The translations under genes and the position numbers were made by a program. The notes below the pieces were generated by a model. That model was given only the letters and a program-made list of their open reading frames with translations. It did no database searches and was not told the DNA's origin. A stretch of 64,000 nt of DNA from an uncultured Gammaproteobacteria bacterium (GTDB lineage Bacteria > Pseudomonadota > Gammaproteobacteria > GCA-001735895), in the NCBI GenBank assembly GCA_963793595.1, contig CAWCBX010000101.1, positions 243-64,242 of the forward strand. Reading direction: 5' to 3'. Position 1 is the first letter of the stretch. Each line of letters opens with the position of its first letter. Positions 10,212 through 20,064 of this stretch are shown piece after piece.

Positions 10212-10835
10212 ATGTTGCAGATCAATACAGACCCGATCGGCAAGGGTAAGGAGCGAGCCTGCTTCGTTCACCCTGATGATCCACAAAAGGCGATTAAGAT
10301 TTCGATCGGCAGCGTCAGTGAACAGTCGCGTCGGGAAATCAAATTTTATCAAAAACTAGTAAAACGCGACGGCGACATCGATCCGCATATTCCCCGCTTT
10401 TATGGTCTCTGCGAGACCAACCTGGGACAGGGCCTGGTGGTCGATCTGATCCGCGACCAGGATGGAGAAATTTCGAGGCCGCTGAACTGGTATCTGGCCG
10501 AGGGCTATCCAATCGAAGACTTCGAGCCTTACCTCGACGAGTTAAAAAAATCATTCCTGCAGAACCTGATTATTTTTAATCACGACATGACGGTCGGCAA
10601 CCTGTTGTTCCAGAAGGTCTCGGATACCTCCGCTCGCCTGGTTGCGATCGATGGCCTGGGAGATGTCGTCGCACTCGACTGGCTCGACGTCTTCCCGTCG
10701 CTGGTGCGGCGGAAAATATCACGCCGCTGGACGCGTTTCATTACCCGGGTATACCGCAGCCGTGAAGTACGTTTGCAGCGTGAAGCCCTGGCACGAGATC
10801 CACAGCTCGTTACCAGATCTCTGAAACCTTTTTAA
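10212..10835 (+). CDS. YrbL-family protein (PhoP regulatory network protein; kinase-like fold)
   Basis: 207 aa. Collinear similarity to E. coli YrbL: GKGKERACFVHPDDPQKAIKI vs GTGRHRKCYAHPEDAQRCIKI, REIKFYQKL, IPRFYG, and the C-terminal RRWTRFI motif. It starts 13 nt after hutG. Confidence 0.7.
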   Translation: MLQINTDPIGKGKERACFVHPDDPQKAIKISIGSVSEQSRREIKFYQKLVKRDGDIDPHIPRFYGLCETNLGQGLVVDLIRDQDGEISRPLNWYLAEGYPIEDFEPYLDELKKSFLQNLIIFNHDMTVGNLLFQKVSDTSARLVAIDGLGDVVALDWLDVFPSLVRRKISRRWTRFITRVYRSREVRLQREALARDPQLVTRSLKPF

Positions 10836-10852
10836 TAGCAAGTACCAGGACT

Positions 10853-11116
10853 ATGAACTGGCCTGTTTCAACGGCCGCTCTCACCGTCTTTGCAGCCGAG
10901 TTTGTACTGGCGCTCGCAGGACTCGCACTGCTATCCACGATCGCCAACAGTCTCTATACTGCTGTCTCCGATGACGCGTCACGCGAAGCCGCAGTCATAA
11001 CCTTCGTGGTTACCGCGTCAGGGATCAGCCTGTTCGGTATCGGTGCGGCGTTCTGGAGTCTGCTAGCCGGTGGCGTCGCCAATCTTGTATTCAGCAGAAA
11101 AATAGTAATCAAATGA
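10853..11116 (+). CDS. small hydrophobic membrane protein (2-3 TM), function unknown
   Basis: 87 aa, strongly hydrophobic. Its stop overlaps the next ATG in an ATGA at 11113-11116. The C-terminal TASGISLFGIGAAFWSLLAGG resembles the last helices of BenE-type transporters, but that is recollection only. Confidence 0.4.
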   Translation: MNWPVSTAALTVFAAEFVLALAGLALLSTIANSLYTAVSDDASREAAVITFVVTASGISLFGIGAAFWSLLAGGVANLVFSRKIVIK

Positions 11117-12480
11117 AACCTCTATTCCATCCAAGCCTGTATGAGTTTGGCCAACCGCAGCCCTCCTACTGGGAGGCAACTGCGAGTAATAATAGCCTGC
11201 CCGGTGAACCGCTCAAGGGAACAGAAAGTTGCGACGTTGCGATCATCGGCGGCGGCTATACCGGACTTTCCGCCGCACTGCACCTGGCGCGTGATTTCAG
11301 TGTCGATGTATGCCTGCTCGAGGCAGGGCATATCGGCTGGGGCGCATCGGGCCGCAACGGCGGTTTTTGCACCATGGGCGCAACCAAGGTTTCGCTGAAG
11401 TCCCAATTGGCCAAATTCGGGGTCGAACAAACCCGGCACTTCTATCAAAGCCAGGCCGAGGCAGTGAACCTGGTGCGCAGCCTCGGCACGGATGAAAATA
11501 TAGACTACCTGCCACAGGGCGACTGCGAGTATATCGTTGCCGATAGTGACGCGCATTTTGACGGTTTGAAAAAAACGGCTGAAATCGAAACTACGCTGCT
11601 CGGTGTTGACGTCAGCATCCATAGCCAGGACGAGTTTCGCGAAATCGGTTACGACTCACCGCATCAGCATGGCGCTATCGCGCTGCGGCCTTCTTTCGCA
11701 CTTCATCCCCTGCGCTATGCGCAGGGACTTGCAGCCGCCGCGCATCGCCGCGGTGCGAGGGTACATCCTCATAGCGAAGTTTTACACTGGCACAAACAGG
11801 CGGATGGCAGTCACCTGCTCGAAACTGCCCAGGGAAGTTTGCGTGCAAAGCAGGTTATCCTCACCGGCAACGGCTTCATGCCTGAGCATTTGCATCGTGG
11901 CGTGCAGGGCCGACCCCTGCCGCTGCAAAGCGCCATCGTGGTTACACGACCCATGAGTGACGACGAACTAAAACAAAAGGGCTGGCATACCGAAAACCCG
12001 ACGATTAACTCGAGCCACATGTTTTTTTATTACCGGTTGCTAAGCGATAGACGTTTCATGCTCGGCGGTCGCGCCAATCACATCGGCGACCCGGCGGGAG
12101 CGGAACAAACCTTTGCCGGGCTGAAGCAGGCGATTGCACGAATGTGGCCTCAATTTGCCGATCTTGAGTACACTCATCAATGGCGTGGCCTGGTTTGCTT
12201 TGCAATCAACTTTCGGCCTTCCATCGGCAGAATGCCCGAGGACAAATCAGTGTACTTCGCCTATGGCTATCACGGTAATGGCGTTAACAGCGCAACCTGG
12301 AGTGGCCGTGAACTGGCCAAATGGCTAGCCGGAAAAACCTCGGGCAACAGCCTGCTGCCGAAGCACTTGCCAGCGATCATACGTGGGAGACCGCCAAAGT
12401 TTCCTCTCGCATTCTTACGCCGACAGTATTTACGCGCCGGCATAAGCTTCTATAAATTACGCGACTACTTCGATTTCTAG
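11113..12480 (+). CDS. FAD-dependent oxidoreductase (DAO/PuuB-like)
   Basis: 455 aa. N-terminal dinucleotide fold DVAIIGGGYTGLSAALHLA and GASGRNGG motif. Confidence 0.85.
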   Translation: MKPLFHPSLYEFGQPQPSYWEATASNNSLPGEPLKGTESCDVAIIGGGYTGLSAALHLARDFSVDVCLLEAGHIGWGASGRNGGFCTMGATKVSLKSQLAKFGVEQTRHFYQSQAEAVNLVRSLGTDENIDYLPQGDCEYIVADSDAHFDGLKKTAEIETTLLGVDVSIHSQDEFREIGYDSPHQHGAIALRPSFALHPLRYAQGLAAAAHRRGARVHPHSEVLHWHKQADGSHLLETAQGSLRAKQVILTGNGFMPEHLHRGVQGRPLPLQSAIVVTRPMSDDELKQKGWHTENPTINSSHMFFYYRLLSDRRFMLGGRANHIGDPAGAEQTFAGLKQAIARMWPQFADLEYTHQWRGLVCFAINFRPSIGRMPEDKSVYFAYGYHGNGVNSATWSGRELAKWLAGKTSGNSLLPKHLPAIIRGRPPKFPLAFLRRQYLRAGISFYKLRDYFDF

Positions 12481-12492
12481 CTGACCGCCACG

Positions 12493-13236
12493 ATGGATTT
12501 CTTCGACATTAACTTATCCGGCGAACCGGGCATGGCTATCATTGCCCTGGTTGCCTTTGGCGGCGGATTGGTGCGTGGTTTCACCGGGTTTGGCGGCCCG
12601 GCGTTTATCCTCGCCATCCTGACTTTGTTCTTTACCCCGTATAGTGTCGTCGCCAAAATCCTGGTGGTTGATTTCATTGCCAGTGTCTATCTGTTCAAGG
12701 CGGTTTACCGGCAAATCGACTGGCGCGCTACCGTAAGCATGGTTGTTCCAACCCTGGTATTCATGCCCCTCGGACACTGGCTGTTGATCGAGCTGGATCC
12801 GCTCTGGATGAAGCGTGCGATGGCGCTGATTATTTCAGCTGCCTGCGTGATGATGCTGATTGGATTTCGCTACAAACATCCAATGACTACCGCATGGCTG
12901 GTGTTCCTGGGCAGCATCTCTGGCGCCATTTTTGGTGGTACCTATATCGCCCTGGTCGCTGTGGTTTTTATACTGCTTGGTCCCTACGATAAACATGCTG
13001 GGCGCACGCTGATTATCTCCTGGTCGTTTTTTACCGTGCTGGGCTTTGCACTGATTTCTGCGCTCAGCGGGACCACCGGAGTGGATGACGTGATCGCCGC
13101 GGCACCGGGGGCCGCAACCTATTTGCTCGGTGCCTGGATCGGCTCGCACGGCTTTCGCAAATCGGGCGAAAAGCTGTTCCGCCGAGCCGCCATCGCGACG
13201 CTGCTGGTGTTATCGATTATTAACCTGGTCAGTTAA
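12493..13236 (+). CDS. TauE/SafE-family anion exporter membrane protein
   Basis: 247 aa, about 7-8 TM. Motif GGGLVRGFTGFGG and a duplicated half-topology typical of TauE/SafE. Confidence 0.8.
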   Translation: MDFFDINLSGEPGMAIIALVAFGGGLVRGFTGFGGPAFILAILTLFFTPYSVVAKILVVDFIASVYLFKAVYRQIDWRATVSMVVPTLVFMPLGHWLLIELDPLWMKRAMALIISAACVMMLIGFRYKHPMTTAWLVFLGSISGAIFGGTYIALVAVVFILLGPYDKHAGRTLIISWSFFTVLGFALISALSGTTGVDDVIAAAPGAATYLLGAWIGSHGFRKSGEKLFRRAAIATLLVLSIINLVS

Positions 13237-13305
13237 AAAACCCTGCACTCATAAATTTAAGACCAGCAGGCGAGTTCGACCCAGACCTGTCTTTGGATCC
13301 CTCAA

Positions 13306-13395
13306 CTTTCCAGTCATTCCCACGCCAGCGGGAATCTTGAAACGCGCCACCATTACAAGCGCGGCGGTCCAACGTGCCGGGATGACGTTAAAGAA
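13306..13395. repeat. REP-like palindromic element (single copy in this window)
   Basis: GTCATTCCCACGCCAGCGGGAAT forms a hairpin (ATTCCC/GGGAAT stem). It is followed by a CGCGCC...GCGCGGCG hairpin and GCCGGGATGAC. It resembles the widespread GTCATTCCCGCG..CGGGAATGAC family that yields spurious VIPxxAGI ORFs, as in track ORF 13130..13405. Confidence 0.35.
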
Positions 13396-13581
13396 ATTTA
13401 TGTAGTCTTCATATGGCCGTTTGTGGTCTCTGGGTTTCAATTTGTAAGTACTCTTTTACAATAAAGCAGAACTTGAAATCCTCTGTATCGACAATCGAAT
13501 TCGCCTCGAAAAGAACATTTCAATGCTTTCAGCATGGGACTAGAATGCAGATTCCGAATTAAATCAACGGCGTAGTTTCAT

Positions 13582-14998
13582 ATGGCTGACCTTGAACTTT
13601 GTTATACATCCGCCACTGAACTGGCCCGCAGATACCGGAGCAAGGATATTTCGCCGGTTGAGGTTATACAGAATTCCCTGGATAGGATCGAAGAGGTCAA
13701 TAAATCACTCAACTGCTTCTGCTTTACTTACCCCGACGAAGCCCTGGCTAAGGCTAAAGCCGCCGAACAGGCGTTTGTGGCAGGTAACGCTCGCCCGCTT
13801 GAGGGTATTGCGCTGGCGATCAAGGATTTTACGCCTACGAAGGACAAGGTGACGACGCGCGGCTCCAGGTTACTGGAGAACTGGGTGCCCGACTGGAATC
13901 CGGTGCTGGTCCAGCGACTTGAAGCTGCTGGAGCGATTATGGTGGGCAAGACGACCACGCCGGAGTTTGCGACCTCAGGATTTACCGATTCACCGTTGTG
14001 GGGAATCACCCGTAATCCCTGGGACAGGTCGCGCACACCCGGCGGATCGTCGGGTGGATCGGGAGCTGCAGTAGCTTCGGGCTGTGTACCGATCGCCGAA
14101 GGCACCGACATGGGTGGTAGCGTGCGTATTCCCGCCGCGCTGTGCGGTATTGTTGGGCTCAAACCGACCCTGGGTCGTATCCCAATGGACATCATCGACA
14201 CCGCCTACTGCAATATTTCGCATTTTGGGCCACTGGCGCGTACCGTTAACGACGCTACACTTTTTCTCGATACCGTACAGGGCGAGCACCCTGCCGATAT
14301 CCAGTCTCTACCTCGGTGCCACCTGGCTAGTCCCCCGCCTGGCGACGTAAAGGGCATGAAGTTTGCCCTCGATGTTACGCTCGGATTTTGCGCAGTCGAT
14401 CCAGATGTAGAAGCTAACCTGCTCAACACGGCAGATGCTTTAAGAGATGCCGGGGCTGTTATCCAGCAGGTTGACCTGGGTTGGGACAGAAGAATTGTCG
14501 ATCTATGGTATGGCACCTGGGGTATCTTCATGGCGGCCTTTTATAAACATATCACCGACGTGCCACTGGATGAAAATCGCGAGCGAATGAGCGAAGGCCT
14601 GGTGAGGCTTATAGAAATGGGCCTGAAAACCGATGCGGTAAGTGCACGCCAATGGGAATTTGAACGTACCCGCTACTGGCAGAAAACTGGGCGCCGTACT
14701 GGAAGATCACCATGCCTTACTTTGCCCGACCATGGCGATTACCGCCCCACCCGTGGAAATGCGTGATTGGGATTTCAACGCTGTTAACGAACAGGGCTTG
14801 CTCAAGTGCATGGACATGACTTCGCCATTCAATTACATGGCTCAATGCCCCGCCATGTCTGTTCCTTCCGGCTTCGCTGACGGCTTGCCCACGGCGACTC
14901 AAATCGTGACGCGACGCTGGGACGATGCTCTCGTTTTGCAAATCGCCGCCGCCATCGAGAAAGCCGCGCCATGGTCGCACAAATACCCGGATATTTAA
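13582..14998 (+). pseudogene. amidase (amidase-signature / GatA-like family), interrupted by one frameshift (or a sequencing indel)
   Basis: Track ORFs 13582..14766 and 14642..14998 are the N- and C-terminal parts of one amidase. The AS motif is GGSSGGSGAAVASG...GTDMGGSVRIPAA. The C-terminal part reads LGAVLEDHHALLCPTMAITAPP. The frames join at the A4 run at 14683-14686 (RYWQK|LGAVLED). Confidence 0.8.
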
Positions 14999-15105
14999 GG
15001 TCAGCATTGCACGATCCAGTGCCAGTTTATGACAGAAATACGAAGTCCGGTGGGGGCTATTGGGCCGCTGCTTACGAAAAAACAGGCGCTCTATTTGACC
15101 GGTTA

Positions 15106-15303
15106 TTATCTGATCAATGTATGATCCCTGATCTCTTCCAGCTTTTCCTCCAGCTTGTCAATTTCTTTGCGAAAAAACTCCGCCCGGGGCGAGAGAGGGT
15201 CATCAAAAGCTAACTTCTCCAGACCTTCGGCCAATTCCTTCATCATTCTCACAATCTTGATTTCTTCGACAGTCAGATTGAAATTTCTCAAATTATCAGC
15301 CAT
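15106..15303 (-). CDS. hypothetical small coiled-coil protein (65 aa)
   Basis: The ORF has a plausible charged helical sequence (KEIDKLEEKLEEIRD). No family recognised. The overlapping plus-strand ORF 14971..15213 looks less protein-like. Confidence 0.35.
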   Translation of the reverse strand: MADNLRNFNLTVEEIKIVRMMKELAEGLEKLAFDDPLSPRAEFFRKEIDKLEEKLEEIRDHTLIR

Positions 15304-15421
15304 TACGACAAAATCCTTTACTCAAATTACGAAAATAAGCTGGCCAAAATTATAGTGGCCGTTAATTTTTTTCAACAAAAAAATGAATGAAGTTACCGAT
15401 CAGCATAATTTCCACGAATCG

Positions 15422-15844
15422 CTAGCGGCGCTTCCCACCTTTGTGTTTCGACGGTGTCGGCGCATTTTTTGCCACGTAACGGTGACTCTCCACGAGTTCG
15501 AGCAGATCGAATGCGCTCAACATGCCGACGACTTGCTTCTCGTGGGTCACCACCACCCGATGTATCTTATGGTTGCGCATGACCCGTGCAGCAATACTGG
15601 TGTCGTCATACTGCGGGACCGTATAGACTTTCTCGGTCATGACCTGGCTGATTGGCGAGCCAGGCTTCAATTCCTGGACCAGGTCAGTCGACGACACGAT
15701 ACCAACCGGATGACCATCGCTGTCGACCACGGGTACGGCACTGATGGAATTATTCTCGAGCATACTACGGACATGCTCGACACTTTGATGCGGTTGTGCG
15801 GTGATGACTGACTTAGTCATCAGCTCCTCTACTTTGACGCTCAT
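15422..15844 (-). CDS. CBS-domain pair protein
   Basis: 140 aa. Two CBS repeats (LMTKSVITAQPHQSV...ISAVPVVD and VMTEKVYTVPQYDD...IHRVVVT). Confidence 0.85.
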   Translation of the reverse strand: MSVKVEELMTKSVITAQPHQSVEHVRSMLENNSISAVPVVDSDGHPVGIVSSTDLVQELKPGSPISQVMTEKVYTVPQYDDTSIAARVMRNHKIHRVVVTHEKQVVGMLSAFDLLELVESHRYVAKNAPTPSKHKGGKRR

Positions 15845-15973
15845 CTGAACTCCTGGATCGTCGTGATTGATAGTTTGGAGATAGTTTCCTTTAAACTGGA
15901 TTTGCTACATATTTGTATAGCCAGTTCTGAATCAGGATGACTATCGACTATTTTTTTCAATTTCAGTTACACA

Positions 15974-16336
15974 CTAAACTGTGCAATATGATCGGTTATG
16001 CTGTTTTCGAATTCGAAATATAACAATTCTGGAATTTCTCTCGTTGACGCAGATCAAGGGCAATGACCGACTGAATTTCCACTGCCAGCGTTTAACGTCA
16101 ACCGGGTAAGACCCAGGGGCTGCACCCAGTGTATGGCGATTGAATTCACGCACTAAAAAATCAAGTTGTTGCTGACTACTAACAATCTCCAGGCTCGGTT
16201 CAGGCGTTACTGCACGACATTGCCTGAATCGAGAAATTACTTCTGCATACATGGGGTCAGATTCCACAGTCGGCACCGATGTGTCGCAGGCCGATATCAA
16301 GGATAAAGAAATATAAATTAAAGCCGCGAATTTCAC
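15974..16336 (-). CDS. hypothetical lipoprotein immediately downstream of the S8 protease
   Basis: The track ORF starts at 16381 inside the protease gene. A GTG at 16336 gives VKFAALIYISLSLISAC with a lipobox (LISAC). The 3' third (RIVIFRIRKQHNRSYCTV) looks out of frame. An alternative frame ends REIPELLYFEFENSITDHIAQFSV, so the 3' end is uncertain. Confidence 0.45.
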   Translation of the reverse strand: MKFAALIYISLSLISACDTSVPTVESDPMYAEVISRFRQCRAVTPEPSLEIVSSQQQLDFLVREFNRHTLGAAPGSYPVDVKRWQWKFSRSLPLICVNERNSRIVIFRIRKQHNRSYCTV

Positions 16337-16346
16337 TGCATAGCTG

Positions 16347-18969
16347 TCATTGAACTGTATTCGGGACAGGATCAATTTCAACGCCTAAGCCGAAGAACTG
16401 AGCAGAGTCCAGGTTTTGATCAAAGGAAATATTGAAATCGAGATTAGTCATGTTTTTGTCAACACTTATTACCGCGGCACCTCCCATCGTTGGATAGCCC
16501 CCACAGGATTCACCCGCCTCGCAAATCAACAAATTATTGTCGAGATCGCTACCTGCTAATATGTAATAGTCTCCCGACTCGACACCCGTAATTGAATAGG
16601 AATATTCTCCTTCGACTGGATCCTGTTGCGCAAAATAGACTTGATTACCTGTAATCGGATCGATTAAAAGCACATAAATTCGACCCGCGTCGGGACTGAT
16701 GTTAACACTATTCACAATTACATTAATCGCGGCCGAAACAGTTAAATTTGTATCTGCTACGAAGTTAGCCAACACGGTGTAAACGCCATCGCTTAGTCCT
16801 GTAGTTTCGACATTTAGCGCATAGGTACCCAACCCATCTGCATCCGTACTCACTGGAGACAAGTTCGCCCAGGCAGTATCCGTGTTAAAACTTGAAACAG
16901 CTATTGCACCACTGCCACTTTTCCCGACAGTTAACTCGATACTGGATTGTGCACTTTGAATCGAGGCGACACTGGGAGAAACTGTCAGCACCGTTGGCGG
17001 AGAATTACCCATCGCCAGCACCGTGGCTTGCTCTACGGCTTTCAAGGCATCAATCAAGCCATATCCATAATTATCATTACGGTTGAGCTCGCCATCGCCC
17101 GATATGTCTTCAGTTATCTGGCCCGCTACAATCAACGAGTCTATATCATCGGGCGTTAGCGTGGCATGGATGGATTTCATTAAAGCAACAACGCCAGCTA
17201 CATGCGGGCTTGCCATCGAGGTGCCCTGATAAAACCGGTAGACCGGTTCACGAACGCCACTCGCGTCATTCGCCATGGTGCTCAATACTCCATCGAGATA
17301 ACCATCACCATTACGATCGACTGACATGTCACCGCCGGGGGCTGTAATATCGATCGAACCGCCATAGTTCGAATAGGGGGCGAGTGATTTATTGAAATCC
17401 ACTGCGCTAACAGAAACAACTCCCTGGTAACCAGCAGGAAAGAACGCCTGGTTCGAGCCCTGGTTTCCTGCTGCCGCGATAACAGTAACCCCCGCATTCC
17501 TGGCGTCGGTTATCGCATCTTGTTGGGCCCCACTAAATCCCGGTCCGCCAAGACTCAGGTTAATAATATCTGCCGACTTTGGGGGAGTCGTGCCGGAATC
17601 GTTTGCCAGCCCGGCAGCATACAGAATGCCCTGGGTAACATCGTAGGAAGTGCCGCCGCCTAGTCCAAGCACCCTGATTGGCATTAACTTTATTGTCTGG
17701 GCGATGCCCGCGACACCAGAATTATTATCCGACACCGCCGCTATCGTACCAGCGACGTGGGTTCCATGAAAGCTACTATAACCAGGGGTCAGGTTATCGC
17801 CAGGGTCATCAGGATTATTATCGATTCCATTTCCATCATTTGATATTGACGTACTCGATACAAAGTCATATCCGGGAATGAGATTTGCGACCAGGTCTCG
17901 ATGCGACAGGAAAACTCCGGTATCGACAACCGCCACAATCACATTGGAATCACCAGTGGTATAGTCCCATGCCTGGGGCAGGTTGATCAGGGGATAGTGC
18001 CATTGCAAATCGTAGTAGGTGTCATCAGGCAGAGCCGTCGGTTTCTGGATATAGTTTGGCTCTGCATACTCGATAGTCTTATCCTGCCTTAATTTTTTAA
18101 TCGCCTTTATCGTCTCGTAGGCTTCTCGCTGACTGGCATTGATATAGAAACCGTATCCGCCGCTTAGAACGCCACAACAAATCGGCTGGGTCTTGCTGGC
18201 GTTAGCGGAATTATTATATTGCTCCAGCCGAAACAGTGCCGCTCGATTAATATTGCCTCGCAGTGCCTGCAGCCCATGCCTGGCAGCGACAGATTGATTC
18301 GAGATTATCGAAAGACCTCGAACTCCCGGATTTTTTGTATTGGCTTTTGTAATTACCTCTCCCGGGACGAACTCGTCTTCCAAACGAAGCACCTGACTCG
18401 ATGCCATTGCCGGGTTCAGTTGGCCAACAGTTAGAACGTAATTCGATGTTCCTGCGAAAGCGTGTAACCAGATAAAATATTCGTCATCAGCGGGCACATT
18501 GATCGTTTCAGTTTGTCCAGTGCCGATAGATGAGGCAACCGGTGAACTTGTATCACTGGTCCTGTAAAGGTAAAGATCAAAATCCTGGGAATTCCCTATG
18601 TCACTTATGGTAAGCGTTATATTTTGATTGGCACTTAGTATTACCCGAAATATATCTGATTGATCGGTCGAGCTTTGGAATACATCACTGCGGATTGCCA
18701 GTCGCGGCAGAGGTCATAAAACCACCAATAGTGGCTACATTGGGTATAACCTGGGCGTCATCTGCGGTGTTGTTTGGCGCGTAAAATGCGGAGGGGTTAT
18801 TGGTATCGCTATCGACATAATTCGCTTCCGAGGTTGTTATCTTGCCACTGACTGCTGACAACGCAGTTGCAACATCTTGAGTTTTTGTATCAGAACCGCC
18901 ACCCCCGCCACCGCAAGCACTCAAGGTGAGTATTAGACAGGAGTAGAAAAGTGTATAAAGGAATTTCAT
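16347..18969 (-). pseudogene. S8 (subtilisin-like) serine peptidase lipoprotein, interrupted by one frameshift (or a sequencing indel)
   Basis: ORF 18685..18969 encodes a lipoprotein signal (LILTLSACGGGGG) and N-terminal region. A second frame runs without stops from about 18715 into ORF 16347..18497. It reads SDVFQSSTDQSDIFRVILSANQNITLTISDIGNSQDFDLYLY, a pre-peptidase-type domain. The S8 triad motifs follow: VAVVDTGV, HGTHVAGTIAA, GTSMASPHVAG. Confidence 0.8.
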
Positions 18970-19335
18970 GAAGCCGCCGTTACCTGTTACTTAACCCCCC
19001 GGTTAATTACCAAAAACGTTCCAATTATACACTATGCAGATAATCCAGGCGTGAACAGAGCATCTGTTTAAGGCATCGATATCTGGCCATCGTAGCCATA
19101 CTAAACCTGCCAGGAAATGCATTAATTGGTGGTGGTGAGGCATTGGTATCATTGCCGGTATGAGTAGAATTTTTCCTTTCTACGCTTTCATTTCAATAGT
19201 AGCTGTCGCAGTAGCACCCATACCATTATTGTTCTTTTTCGAAGTGATCTGAGCAGGGCGTGACTGGCAAAGTCGCTTACCGTGTTCGAATCATAAAAAT
19301 CACAAACCCGATTTAACCGAACTACCGCTGATATC

Positions 19336-19854
19336 TTAAAATGCTGAAGTAAAGCCCATGCTTATTGCCGAGAGGTTGAGATTGTCTTCATCCAAAGACA
19401 TCATGTATTCGATATTGTATGACGAGTTGTTTATGCCAAAACCATAGGAAAATACGCTATCGTCCCTGCTGTCTGACCAACCAGCTTCATCCATGGCCAA
19501 TTCATCTATGATAAAACCTACGGCGATATAAGTAGATTTGTCGTCACTACTACTTTTACGGAAAACGCCATGGGAATCGTAAAAGGGAGCAACTCCGAAA
19601 CCAATACTTGTTTCCGCAAAGCTTACTTTGCGATCCAGCGGACCATCTAGCGATTTTTCTTCGATAGTCATACTTTCATTTGTAAGCTGTGCGTATTTAC
19701 CATTCCAGGGAGTTGACAGAGCCCCGTCAAACCCGTCTTCATCGTAGGCAACCAGGGAGTACTGAAATCCCTCGAAAACTCGATCCTCATCTACCGCGAA
19801 TGAAGACGAGCTGTAAAGAAATGCAATCGCTATGACTAATAGTATTCTGTCCAT
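19336..19854 (-). CDS. small outer-membrane beta-barrel protein (about 8 strands)
   Basis: 172 aa. Signal peptide ending SSFA|VDED, alternating-hydrophobic strands, and C-terminal GFTSAF with a terminal Phe typical of OMPs. Confidence 0.6.
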   Translation of the reverse strand: MDRILLVIAIAFLYSSSSFAVDEDRVFEGFQYSLVAYDEDGFDGALSTPWNGKYAQLTNESMTIEEKSLDGPLDRKVSFAETSIGFGVAPFYDSHGVFRKSSSDDKSTYIAVGFIIDELAMDEAGWSDSRDDSVFSYGFGINNSSYNIEYMMSLDEDNLNLSAISMGFTSAF

Positions 19855-19944
19855 TTGGTATAACCTTTTAATTATTGTTTACCTCCCGTTAGCAAGTCTG
19901 GTCGCAGGAAGTCTAGTTATTTCACTCTATAAAAATAGTCCAGA

Positions 19945-20064
19945 TTTCCGGAGATATTGCGGCTAGCAACCGTATTAACCGATAAACGGTATGGGCCAAA
20001 CTCATTAACCGACAAACGGTATGTGCGAACCGTGCTAGCCGATATGCGGCAGGCATGGACCGAA
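19945..20064. repeat. three to four tandem about 30-bp direct repeats, each with a CCG-N5-CGG dyad
   Basis: Units start at 19975 (TTAACCGATAAACGGTATG), 20005 (TTAACCGACAAACGGTATG) and 20035 (CTAGCCGATATGCGGCAGG), with a degenerate unit at about 19945. They lie 120-210 bp upstream of the OMP start and explain the LTDKRY repeats in spurious ORF 19957..20151. Confidence 0.65.

Noticed and set aside
14971-15213. 80-aa plus-strand ORF overlapping the 65-aa minus-strand ORF.
   Set aside because: It starts inside the amidase 3' end and its sequence is less protein-like than the antisense coiled-coil ORF. Neither is strongly supported.
19945-20064. Possible CRISPR array.
   Set aside because: There are only 3-4 degenerate, directly abutting 30-bp units, with no unique spacers and no cas genes anywhere in the window.
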